The notes under the pieces are model-generated. The model was not told where the DNA came from. It made no database searches and saw nothing but the letters and a program-made list of their open reading frames with translations. This document shows positions 49,503-60,404 of a DNA stretch of 64,000 nt, piece after piece. A program made the position numbers and the translations under genes. How positions within the stretch are numbered: position 1 is the first letter of the stretch; every line of letters begins with the position of its first letter. Source of the DNA: Zootoca vivipara (Eukaryota); assembly GCF_963506605.1 (NCBI RefSeq), contig NC_083278.1:68882001-68946000 (forward strand). Reading direction: 5' to 3'.

Positions 49503-50030
49503 AACCATTACTCAATAGTGTAGAGCACATGCTTTGTAGGCAGAGGCTATCAGGTTCAATCCCTGATAACTCCAGGTAAAGTATCTAGAAAGGCATGGAT
49601 GGGGATCCCTTTTCGAGCTAAGAGACACATTCCCTTTAGGCAATATTCTAAGGGCCTCGTGCTAGTGGTGGATATGACGAAAAGCAAAAGTGGACAGAGT
49701 TTGCCTTTGTATAGTAGGCCAGTTCCTATACAGCCCTCCCTATCTGCCATCCAGATTTGCAAGAGGCATCATCAGAGTTTAAGGACACATTCCAGTCAGG
49801 CAAAAGCACTTCTGGTGCCAGGTGGGGCCAATGAGAAGGGTATGAGCTGTAGATAGTTTTGAGGGCCAGATGGAGAGGCCTGGAAGGCCACATTCAGCTG
49901 CCAGACCTGAGGTTCTCCATTCCTGCAGCAGGAAGTGATGAGACCCTGGAGAGCCACTGCCAGTCTTAATGGGCAATATTAGGCTAGATGGGCAAATACC
50001 TGACCTGGTCTAAGGCAGCTTTTTATGTTG
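49503..50030 (+). mobile_element. Old tRNA-derived SINE with CR1-like tail, split by an old insertion
   Basis: Head GTAGAGCACATGCTTTG..GGTTCAATCCCTG at 49520-49580; tail CCCTGGAGAGCCACTGCCAGTC..GCTAGATGG..AAGGCAGCTT at 49940-50030. Confidence 0.45.
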
Positions 50031-50048
50031 CTGTTGTAGTTGTATATA

Positions 50049-50566
50049 TATTTATTTATACCCCACCCTTTTCCCTGGCAGAGGCTCACTGTGGCTCACA
50101 GATAATAATAACAGCTATGAACAAACATTTTAAAAATTAAACTTTGATGGAATTTGAAATTAAAAGAGAGTGTGTGTGTGTCCACACACACACAAAATCT
50201 ATTAAAACCATACAGATAATTAGAATAAAAACAGCACGGCACCAGCCCTCTCATTAAAAGCAGTCAGTTCTCAAAAGCCTCTTGGAACAAGAAAACCTTC
50301 ACCTGCCAGCAGAAGGACAACAAGGAGGGAGCCAGTCTGACTTCTCTAGGGAGTTCCAAAGTCTGGGAGCAGCCAATGAGAAGGCCCTTTCCCGTGTCCC
50401 TACCAAGCATGCCTGTGAGGGTAGCGGAAGCGAAAGAAGGCCTTCCTCAAAGATCTTAAATAATGGGCAGGTTCATATGAGGGAATGCGCTCCTTCAGAT
50501 AGCTTGGACCTAAACCATAGAGGGCTGTATAGGTCATAAGCAGCACTTTTAATTGTACCCGAAAAC
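50049..50566 (-). mobile_element. L2 LINE 3' fragment (antisense)
   Basis: ATTTATTTATACCCCACCC tail and GAGTTCCAAAGTCTGGGAGCAGCCAATGAGAAGGCCC (RAFS..AP.LWN on the minus strand). Confidence 0.65.
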
Positions 50567-50640
50567 AGGCGCAGCTGGTACACTAGCTTTAACTGTGCAA
50601 GTGTACTCCAGGCCACCCTAGAGACCTAGACATACATGCT

Positions 50641-50709
50641 AGGGCTGAGTTGGGATTTGAACCCTAGTCTCCCAGGTCCTATTCTCACCACTACACCACA
50701 CTGGCTTTC
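50641..50709 (-). mobile_element. tRNA-derived SINE head fragment (Squam3-like)
   Basis: Reverse complement AGCCAGTGTGGTGTAGTGG..AGGACCTGGGAGACTAGGGTTCAAATCCC (A and B boxes). Confidence 0.55.
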
Positions 50710-51552
50710 ATCAGTTTTACCGCCTCACCCCCCCATTAGTAGTGTTTATTAGTCCTGTGTAGATGTTCAGTGACATGATGCTATGTAAAATACTCCAGAA
50801 AGTCATGTCAGGGCATGCCCATTGAACTTCTGTCTCTTCCAAAAAAATTAAACTTTGAAAGTGTCTCCTTTTAATAAAATATGATAGGGAATCTGTCTCA
50901 TTTTTTTATTCCAAGTTGTGACACTACTAAACAAGGTGAACTTCTGACAATGCTTTGAATATTTATACCTATATTTCTTTTCTAACTTCCCTTAATTCTA
51001 CTATTGTGCTTGGTTTCAAGAGGGTAAGGAAGCAGAGACTTACTAGTTGATAAGAGAAGTGAGATATCATGAAAATCTGTCTTCAAAAATGTGAATTAGA
51101 GGTTGAGCATGATTAGTGTGTTGCTTACTTGGGAAAGAACATATCCATGACAAGTATTGCCATCAGCTGGGTGATAGAGCAATCGGTCAAGCTGACTTCA
51201 TGCACCTTACCGGAATCCAGCTTGCCAATAAAAGATTGCATAAGATCAGATTCCTATGAATAAGAGAGCTCATCAAATGTGATCATTGGGTTACAGTTTA
51301 AATACCCTGTCGGTTGATAGCGAAACAAATGAAGAAGCACTCAAGCATTTAGTAATGCCATCACCAGAAAGAGCTGCAGTCTGGACTCCCTGGAATCTGG
51401 TTGGGGATTGCTGAAATTCTTTGATTCCTTCTATACATTGGGCATGCTAAATAAATGCTCCTTTATAGCAGCAAATGACTCTGTTTGATGGCTGATTGTA
51501 AACAGCATATGAATTTTCTGTGACTAGTTTGGAATACTGGAATATGGAATAT

Positions 51553-51906
51553 GGGACCCAGGTGGCGCTGTGGTTAAACCACTGAGCCTAGGGCTTGCTG
51601 ATCAGAAGGTCGGCGGTTCGAATCCCTGTGACGGGGTGAGCTCCCGTTGCTTGGTCCCAGCTCCTGCCAACCTAGCAGTTCGAAAGCACGTCAAAATGCA
51701 AGTAGATAAATAGGAACCGCTACAGCGGGAAGGTAAACGGCGTTTCCATGTGCTGCTCTGGTTTGCCAGAAGCGGCTTTGTCATGCTGGCCACATGACCT
51801 GGAAGCTATACGCCGGCTCCCTCGGCCAATAATGCGAGATGAGTGCACAGCCCCAGAGTCGGTCACGACTGGACCTAATGGTCAGGGGTTCCTTTACCTT
51901 TACCTT
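51553..51906 (+). mobile_element. Full-length Sauria SINE
   Basis: GGGACCCAGGTGGCGCTGTGG..B box GGTTCGAATCCC..(ACCTTT)n tail; flanked by a 106-bp direct repeat. Confidence 0.92.
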
Positions 51907-52162
51907 TATACATTGGGCATGCTAAATAAATGCTCCTTTATAGCAGCAAATGACTCTGTTTGATGGCTGATTGTAAACAGCATATGAATTTTCTGTGACT
52001 AGTTTGGAATACAGAATTCTTTTGCAATGAAACCCAAACATTGAAAGAACAAAAATAATATATGAAGGTATATTAGAGAACATGGAGCATGCTATTCTTT
52101 CTAGACTGATTTGCTCCTTAATGTGATTTAGATTATTAATTTTTCTCATTAGTTCCCAGTTA

Positions 52163-52486
52163 GGTGAAGGTACCCCTGACCATTAGGTCCAGTCGCGGAC
52201 AACTCTGGGGTTGCACACTCATCTTGCTCTATAGGCCGAGGGAGCCAGCTTCCGGGTCATGTGGCCAGCATGACTTAAGCCGCTTCTGGCGAACCAGAGC
52301 AGCGCACGGAAACGCCATTTACCTTCCCTCTGTAGCGGTTCCTATTTATCTACTTGCACTTTGACGTGCTTTTGAACTGCTAGGTGGGCAGGAGCTGGGA
52401 CCGAGCAATAGGAGCTCACCCCATCGCTGGGATCAGCAAGCCCTAGGCTCTGTGGTTTAGACCACAGCGCCCCCCCCCCGCATCCC
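52163..52486 (-). mobile_element. Sauria SINE (antisense, internal deletions)
   Basis: Reverse complement of the 51553 copy; 13-bp TSD TAGTTCCCAGTTA (52150-52162, 52487-52499). Confidence 0.9.
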
Positions 52487-53733
52487 TAGTTCCCAGTTAA
52501 GAATAAGTTTATCATTCAGTGGTTGATGGACTCGTGTATATTTCAGTTCTTTGATCAATTACTTGAGGGCTTAAATGAGCTGACCATCATCTATCTGTAG
52601 ATGCCTTGCATTTCTAAACAAAAGGATACTGAATATTAGCTGTGGATTAGAAGTCAGACAAGTAGCACCTGCAAGCATTCCTTCTTGGGAATACCAATTA
52701 ATCAGCTATCCCCTTTACCATGATATTCCCTTGCTTCTCCTCGCCTTTTCTCCCTCATCCCTATCCCAAGCACCTCTGTCAGAGTTTCTGTGCCTACTTG
52801 AGCATTCTCATTCATTCATCATTGCTGTTTAGAGACAAAAGTATCTTTGTCCTTGGACATTATTGGGGTTTCCCTATATAGTTTGAATCATTCGGATGCC
52901 ATGGCAAAAGAAGCGTGCCAGAAGCCAGGGATGGAGGGAATTTGGGAGAAGTGAAAGTTCAAAACATGTTCCTGGCAATCAAATGATGTCTGAAGCAGGT
53001 CTAAGTCTTGAATATTGAGAATTCAACTAATGCAGGCTGTTATTAAAATCATGTATTTTTTTAAAACAGTATTTGTGGTTGACTTTGGAATTGGAAGTTT
53101 TGGGTGGAATTATCCCCCAGTGTAGTTCTGTGAATCTCCCCCATGTCAAATAAAAGGAGCTTTGGCGGGGGGACAACAATGACAACAGAAATATCATGAA
53201 ACATGGCAATCTTCACATGGGAATAAAAGTACTTATATTTCCACAAACCTTTTCCAGTTTGTCTCTTAAGGATCAGTTTTTCCACAAAGCTTGAGGAAGA
53301 AAATAAAATGTGTTAAATTGCTGCACGTGTGTACATGTGTGTGTGTGAAAATTTATTTCACTATAAACAAAATAAACTAAACAGCCAGTTACCTTGCATA
53401 CATGACCCAACAGGGAACGTGCATAACACATTATCCAAAATAATGACTTAGATCATTCAGATACAACACTTTTGATCCAAAACAATTTTTTTTAAAAAAA
53501 GAACAACCCAAGGCACCCGTGCAGCTGTGGTATGGTAGCTTTTCTAATATATGATCTGTATATTGATTAATAGTATGACAATACCTGTAATAACACAAAA
53601 CTTTAAAAATTCAGGATGAGAATTTCACATATGACTTGTACACAGCTCTACTGAAATTAGTGTGGAAAAGGTGTGCCCCAGTATTTGCAAAACTTCAGCT
53701 TGTCCTAGGTAGTTTCAAGTAAATAAAGCAATA

Positions 53734-53939
53734 CAGTATGATACATCCGCTTCATGTTGCATCTTTTCAGGTTACGGACGCGCTGAACCTGGAAGAGGTT
53801 ACTTCCAGGTTCGGCGCATCTGTAACCTGCGCACATGTGCAGAGGCACCGCATTGCGTCACGCGTGTGCGCAGATGCAGTGCTTCATGTTGCGAACGGGC
53901 CGCCGGAACGGACCCCGTTCACAACATGAAGTACCACTG
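53734..53939. mobile_element. Tigger/pogo-like MITE
   Basis: TA|CAGT...GAAGTACCACTG|TA; related to 19736. Confidence 0.7.
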
Positions 53940-54515
53940 TAAATACATTAAGACTCTACCTAGAAAGCATGTGTCTTGATGACAGATAAGCTTGTTGTAT
54001 TGTGGTGGTGCCTTGTCTAATGGAGTGGTGGTGTCAGTTTGGTAAAGAATGTCAGCAGGCAAGAGCAAGAAGGTTACTACATGGTTGTCACTAAGGGAAG
54101 GCAATAAATGAGATCAGAGTTAAATATATTTGTGTGACATTCTAGCAGCTGGCTTAAGCCCTGCTGTTTGTTGCAGTGGTACACTGGCCTTAAAAAGGAA
54201 GAGAATGCATTGTAGCCCAGGGAGGAAAACAGTTGGTGGGCTTGTCATTCTGCTTACTGACAGTGAAGGTCAGACAGTTTGGAGAAATGAACATTAGTGG
54301 TAAGATCCCTTTATGTCCACTCCTTTACCTGTTAGGTGAAATGTCCCACTGTAAATGGATTGGTTTGCCTTCTAATCTTACAATTTATTCAGATGATTAT
54401 ATATTCTTGCTTGCTGTTTTGCAGACTAAAATATAGTATTACTATAGCATCCTTTTTAATGTAGAAGAATTTGACTTACCTTTACAAGTTGCAGTTCTTC
54501 AAATTGCTGCTAGTA

Positions 54516-54759
54516 CAGTGGTACCTCTACTTACGGAGGCGATCCGTTCCAGGGTGCCATTTGCACCCCAAAAAGTCTGTAAGTAGAGTGCCGCTTCTGC
54601 GCATGATGTAATACAGTGCTCCTGCGCATGTGCGAAGCGCACAGAACACTTCTGTGCACACACACGTGACGAAACCCGGGAGTATACACTTCTGGGTTTG
54701 GCGCATTCGCAACCCAAAAAATCCGTAACATGAACATATCGCAACTAGAGGTATGACTG
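54516..54759. mobile_element. Tigger/pogo-like MITE
   Basis: TA|CAGTGGTACCTCTA...TAGAGGTATGACTG|TA. Confidence 0.8.
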
Positions 54760-56494
54760 TAACTTTTTTCCTATAAGAAGCAGAGATTAGCCATTTCTTG
54801 AAAATAAGTTTAGCAAAATATGTAATGACCTGCTTCCATATGAAAAATTGAGACTAGAACTTGAACAGTATTCAAGAAGCTTGCAGATGGACTGGAGCCT
54901 ACTAAATGTTTTTTTTCTGTTAACCCTGGTATCATTCTGGACCAGTTGCCAAGATAGAATTGAGGGAGCAACACTTTGCTGGCTTGATTCCTGGCTTGTT
55001 GGCTGGCTGGCTAAGAAGAGTGGTGTTCAGCAACATGTTGCATAAGCTGTGGTCCATTTTATCCGCTGTATACATTCAACTTCTGCATGAAATAGTTTGG
55101 AGCGGCTGACAATAATTATGCTGATGACACTCAGTGCTTTCCATCTACTAAAGGTGAAACTGTAGAGGTCCCCCTGACATGGTGTTGTACGGATTTTGCT
55201 TTTATTGTTTGCAGGTCGTATGCTCACATTTACTTATGCAGAAATAGGACTCAGAATGCTTTTCACATTTTTAGGATCGTATTGTAAACAAATAATAATT
55301 TAATTATGAAAACTATAGTAACTGTGAAGATTTGTGAAATTATAGACCTGGAGTATTCTTCATTGCCTTGTATTCATGGAACCCTCGTGAAATGAAGCTA
55401 AAAGCTTATTTGAGAGTAGGCAAGGTTTTCAAATGTTGCTGAACTATTGGAAAGAAGGCAAGCTATACCAATATTGAAACTTGTTGAAGTCTAAAGTTCA
55501 GCCACAAGTTTTGTATGGAAAAGATCTACAGCTTCCAGAGCTCAGGGAATTTATGTTGCATTCAGAATAGAATCTTAAAGATTGTATTAGGGACAGCTAG
55601 ATATATTTTAATGTTGTACTTTTGTTCCAAAACAACTCTATGGTCTAAGAAAATCTATTAGCAGACTTTGTAAACTTTTAGGGTTTGTTGTAAACTTTGA
55701 AGGTGGGATTTGTCAGCAGAAGCCTATCACTTTTGCTTGTGTAATGGTGCCTCCCCCCAGAACAGTACACAGGGGGAGGGGGGGGAATCATTCTGTCTGT
55801 TTAGCTGAAATGCTGGTGTGGACTCAATCATTAGAAGAGTGAAATTTAGAAGTCCACACATAGATATGCAGGGTATTCAGCAAAAATGCTTTAACTGGAT
55901 AAATTGTATTTTAATATGCAAAGGGTAATCAACATATTTGGATAATCAATTTCTTCAGGGTAACTGTGAATCAGCTAAGGAGTTTAAATAGGGAATTTAT
56001 ATTTGCTCATACATATTTTTACAGGTCTATAAAGGTAGTTGCTCTTTAGAATTTTACTCATGTATAAATCAGGCTCCCCTTCTCACATTTATCAATACGC
56101 TACAGGGAGGTAGCAAGCCTCCAGGCTTGCAAGCAAGTTTGTGGAGAGGCTATGTGACACAATGTGACTTTATTGGTACTAAACCTGTCTTCCTTGCACC
56201 CCCTTTACATAATATGACTGATAGAATAGTCTGTAAGAGACTAATACTTGTTCATTTCATGTTGCTCAACTTTGTGTTTGTTGAAAGTCAATAAGATATA
56301 TTCATAAACTAGGTCCAGAAAATTATTTATCAAAAATTACTAAGCATAATCTGAGAAGGGAATTTACTTTATTTCAGTTGATACCATATATGAAAGGATT
56401 GCAGCCTTAGAATATACAGACTAATGTAAGGGTAAGATATTGCTAGGATTCCACTGTTAGTTTGGAATCTAACATCCTTCTGGACCATCTACAG

Positions 56495-56631
56495 CAGGAT
56501 TCCTCAACCTCGGCCCGCCAGATGTTTTCAGACTACAATTCCCATCATCCCTGACCACTGGTCCTGCTAGCTAGGGATCATGGGAGTTGTAGGCCAAAAA
56601 CATCTGGAGGGCCCGAGTTTGAGGAAGCCTG
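56495..56631. mobile_element. Palindromic hAT MITE nested in L2
   Basis: CAGGATTCCTCAACCTCGG...CCGAGTTTGAGGAAGCCTG; TSD ATCTACAG/TTCTAGAG derived from GTCTAGAG of the L2. Confidence 0.85.
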
Positions 56632-56732
56632 TTCTAGAGAGGTTGTGAGCTGGGGGCACTGTTATACAGTGGTTCCACTCCTTTCTCCTGGGCCGTGTCC
56701 AGAAAGTGGTGGTGGGGGATGAGTGTTCAGAC

Positions 56733-56822
56733 CATAGCTGTCAAGTTTCCCCTTTTCTCGCGAGGAAGCCAATTCAGCTTAAGGGAATTTCCCTTTAAAA
56801 AAGGGAGAACTTGACAGCTATG
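56733..56822. mobile_element. 90-bp hAT-type MITE nested in L2
   Basis: 15-bp TIR CATAGCTGTCAAGTT/AACTTGACAGCTATG; perfect 8-bp TSD GTTCAGAC; empty site visible in the L2 at ~18255. Confidence 0.9.
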
Positions 56823-57904
56823 GTTCAGACCCCTGGGCTCTCACTTGTGGGGTGCCTCAGGGTTCCGTCTTCTCCCCCATGCTTTTTAACATCTATGTGA
56901 AGCTGCTGGGAGAGATCTTCAGGGGGTTTGGGCTGGGTGTTCATCAATATACAGTTGATACCTAGCTCTACCTCTCTTTTAAATCAGAACCAGTGAAGAT
57001 GGTGAAGGTCCTGTATGAGTGTCTGGAGGCGGTTGGAGGATGGATGGATGCTAACGGATTGAGGTTGAATCCTGACAAGACAGAAGTACTGTTCTTGGGG
57101 AACAGGGGGTGGGCTGGTGTGGAGGACTCCCTGGTCCTGAATGAGGTAACTGTGTCCCTGAAGGATGCGGTTTACAGCATGGAAGTCATTTTGGATTCAC
57201 AGCTGTCCATGGAGGCTCAGTTTAATTTTGTGTCCAGGGCAGCTGTCTACCAGCTCCATCTGGTACGCAGGCTGAGACCCTACCTGCCCGCAGACTGTCT
57301 CGCCAGAGTGGTGCATGCTCTAGTTCTCTCCCGCTTGGATTATGCAATGTGCTCTATGTGGGGCTATCTTTTTTCCGAGCACAATTCAGAGTGTTGGTGC
57401 TGACCTTTAAATCCCTAAACGGCCTCGACCCAGTATACCTGAAGGAGCGTCTCCACCTCCAGCGCCAAGGGCCTTCTGACGGTTTTCCCTCACTGTGAGA
57501 AGTGAGGTTACAGGGAACCAGGCAGAGGGCCTTCTTGGTAGTGGTGCCTGCCCTGTGTAATACCCTCCCGTCAGATGTCAAAGCAATAAACAATCTTTGC
57601 TTACTTTTATCTTACTTTTAAAAGACATCTGAAGGCAGTCCTGTTTAGGGGTGTTTTTAATGTCTAATGCTGTATTGTGTTTTTAATATTTGGTTGGGAG
57701 CTGCCCAGCGTGGCTGGGGAAACCCAGTCAGATGGGCGGGGTATAAATAATAAATGATGATGAAGATGATGAAATGGATGATCTCTCTCACTAAAATCTA
57801 AATAAACTTAGATTTTAAAGTAAACTCTTAAACTTCTTTAGACCTGCTCCCAATCTGTAACACAAACTTTTGCAGTTACTCAAAACTTAATTTCACCATA
57901 TGGT

Positions 57905-59360
57905 GATAGCAATGGGTCAGGGTGTTAGGGGAGGGTAGCACTTCTGTTGGGGGACACATTGTGCTCCTTCTGGGGAGTGCATTTTCTGCATGTGCTGCAG
58001 AGAAAGGTGAGGGGCAGATGGGGCTCATCAACCTGAGAAAGTAGCCCATGTAGAAGCGGAGGAAACTCTGATCCTAAACCTCCGCTGCCTTGCGGGATAT
58101 CTTGGGGAGAAGAAAAGCCTAAGGAGTAAATTTTGTATGCCTCCTTTCAACAACTGCTGCAGCCAAACTGATGCCAAATGTACTTCTCTATTTTCCTGTG
58201 GACCACACCACCGAAGCTGAGAGGGTGGTCTTGTCATTTGGGCAGGGTGGATTTGATTTAAATCAAACTGATTTAAATCACGATTTAAATCACTAGTCAG
58301 TAAGGCTTGATTTAAATCATAGTTTTCTACATAAAGACTAATTCTTGCTGGTATAACTTTAATATGCAAGTAGATGAAGATTTTTAGAATAACAACTTTT
58401 CATATTAGTTTTTTATCCCCAGTTTAATAGGTTAATCATTTATATTTGGACAACTTTACTGTTGTACTTAGGAAGGAGAAAAAATAATCATTACCTTAAT
58501 AATAACAATTTAAATAGATTTATTCAACTGAAACAATAACATTATAGCATATGTTATTTGCTAAACAAACATCCATGTTTGTTAACTAATTTGGCTAAAC
58601 AAAAACAAATATATATATATTTTAAGAAACTTAGACTGTCAGCCCAGCCTACACATGAAAAACTTAAATACTCCAAACAATCAGAAAAATATTGTTTCTA
58701 TTCTATTCACTGAACTTCTTGAAACTTAGCACTGAAGGGGTTGTTTCTGTATTCATAGGTTTGTAGAACAATAGGATTAAGGTCTTTTTTTCAACTCTGT
58801 TCATGTTATAACATTTTTGCTGTGAAGAAGAGGCATGTGATCTCTGTTGAGTCAAATTCAATTTTGAGAACTGCTAAAGTTAACCAAGCATCTGTGATAA
58901 TATCTTGTAGGCAGAGAAACTGCACAATAATCTTACAAAAACCTCTGGAAGAGCATGACATTGTGAATGGATTAATGGCATTTATTTACCCCCCAAATTA
59001 AACATGTACAACCTTATTCTACATAATTAAAAAAACTAATCTTTATTTCATGATGGAATAACCTTTGGATGGTAATATATTTTCCTCAAAAAGCATTTTA
59101 ATTTTTTAAAAATCTGATTTAAATCAAAAAAATCGATTTAAATAAAAAAAACTGATTTAAATAAAAAAATCTGATTTTTTGATTTCTTTTTAAAAAATCA
59201 TGGATTTTTATCCACCTTGCATTTGGGCAACCCAGAACCACCATACACACTGCCAGGCTTGTGCCCTGGGGAGGTCACCTCAGTGCTGCTAACACAGCGG
59301 TTTGACTTCACCCCCAGAGGTGTACTCTAATGTCTCTTAAAACAGATGGATGCCAGCAAA
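57905..59360 (+). mobile_element. Possible RTE-related short non-autonomous retroelement, interrupted by the hAT at 58243
   Basis: Motif GAGGGGCAGATGGGGCTC..GCCCAT.TAG..GGAAACTCTGATCCTAAACC recalls RTE 5'UTRs; sequence continues across the CATTTGGG TSD; boundaries approximate. Confidence 0.35.
58243..59219 (-). mobile_element. Non-autonomous hAT transposon (977 bp), inverted twin of 20178-21116
   Basis: CAGGGTGGAT...ATCCACCTTG; perfect 8-bp TSD CATTTGGG (58235-58242, 59220-59227). Confidence 0.9.
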
Positions 59361-59566
59361 GTAATAGGTTTCAAATCATCTGTGGAAGACTAGTGTTTCT
59401 ATTTAAAAAATAAGAAGAAAAAGTGATAGTTGGTCTGTCTGTCAAAAAGGTAACAATATGCTTTTAAATTATTCCAGGGTTATGAGTATAATCCTGTAAC
59501 AGAATATATTTTAAATTTTCTCTCTGGTTTTAGAGTAACCTTTTCCTCAGTATGTGAAAAAGACTT

Positions 59567-59808
59567 CAGTGGTACCTCGGGTTAAGAACTTAATTCGTTC
59601 CAGAGGTCCATTCTTAACCTGAAACGGTTCTCAACCTGAAGCGTGCTTTTGCTAATGGGGCCTCCTGCTGCCACTGCACTGCTGGTGCGCGATTTCCGTT
59701 CTTATCCTGGGGCAAAGTTCTTAAGCTGGAGCAACCACTTCCTGGTTAGCGGAGTTTGTAACCCGAAGTGTCTGTAACCCAAAGCATCTGTAACCCGAGG
59801 TACCACTG
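59567..59808. mobile_element. Tigger/pogo-like MITE
   Basis: TIR CAGTGGTACCTCGGGTTA/TAACCCGAGGTACCACTG; TA TSD not intact. Confidence 0.8.
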
Positions 59809-60266
59809 ATATGGCCTGTCTTCGTAGTTCAGAAACCACAGTTGGCACTAAATTTGGGGGGAAGCTGCTAACTAGTGCAAGGATTACATAATATATGTTA
59901 CGAGCTGTTAAATAACACTGCTTGTCAAATGATGTTTGGTTACAATTGAAATTGGTTTCAGGCTCAGTGGTACTGTTGGGCAAGTGCTTGCCACCCAGCA
60001 TCTCTTCACAACTGCCTCATCTTCCTTCCCAGCTTCACTGTTAAGTTCTTTGGGTTTGTATATTCCTTTCTTCTCTCTCTTCCATCTGTCTGGGGAGGAC
60101 CAGACAATCCACAGATAGCAGACTACAGGAGTGGGTGGACACAAGTGGGAAACCTGGGGTGTTCTTTGTGGTAGCGGGAGACCTACAGGCAGATGGTGGC
60201 TTTATTTAAATTGTGATTCAAAACAACAATTTAAATTGAGGATGACTTATTTGTAGCCCTCTAGAT

Positions 60267-60404
60267 CAGTGTTTCCCAACCAGTGTGCCTCCAGATGTTT
60301 TGGGACTACAACTCCCATCATTCCTGACCACTGGTCTTGCTAGCTAGGGATGATGGGAGTTGTAGTCTCAAAACATCTGGAGGCACACTGGTTGGGAAAC
60401 AGTG
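60267..60404. mobile_element. Palindromic hAT MITE inserted into an older MITE of the same type
   Basis: CAGTGTTTCCCAACCAGTGTGCC...GGCACACTGGTTGGGAAACAGTG; perfect TSD CTCTAGAT. Confidence 0.9.

Larger units (their letters stand above)
56470..57772 (+). mobile_element. L2 LINE (family of 18121) with an internal deletion and two nested MITEs
   Basis: ORF 56993-57403 is homologous to 18425-19228; same 3'UTR GGGCGGGGTATAAATAATAAA; (TGA)n tail. Confidence 0.88.

Noticed and set aside
51635-51745. Structured middle region of the Sauria SINE as a possible ribozyme
   Set aside because: I could not assign a convincing HDV-like or twister pairing scheme by eye
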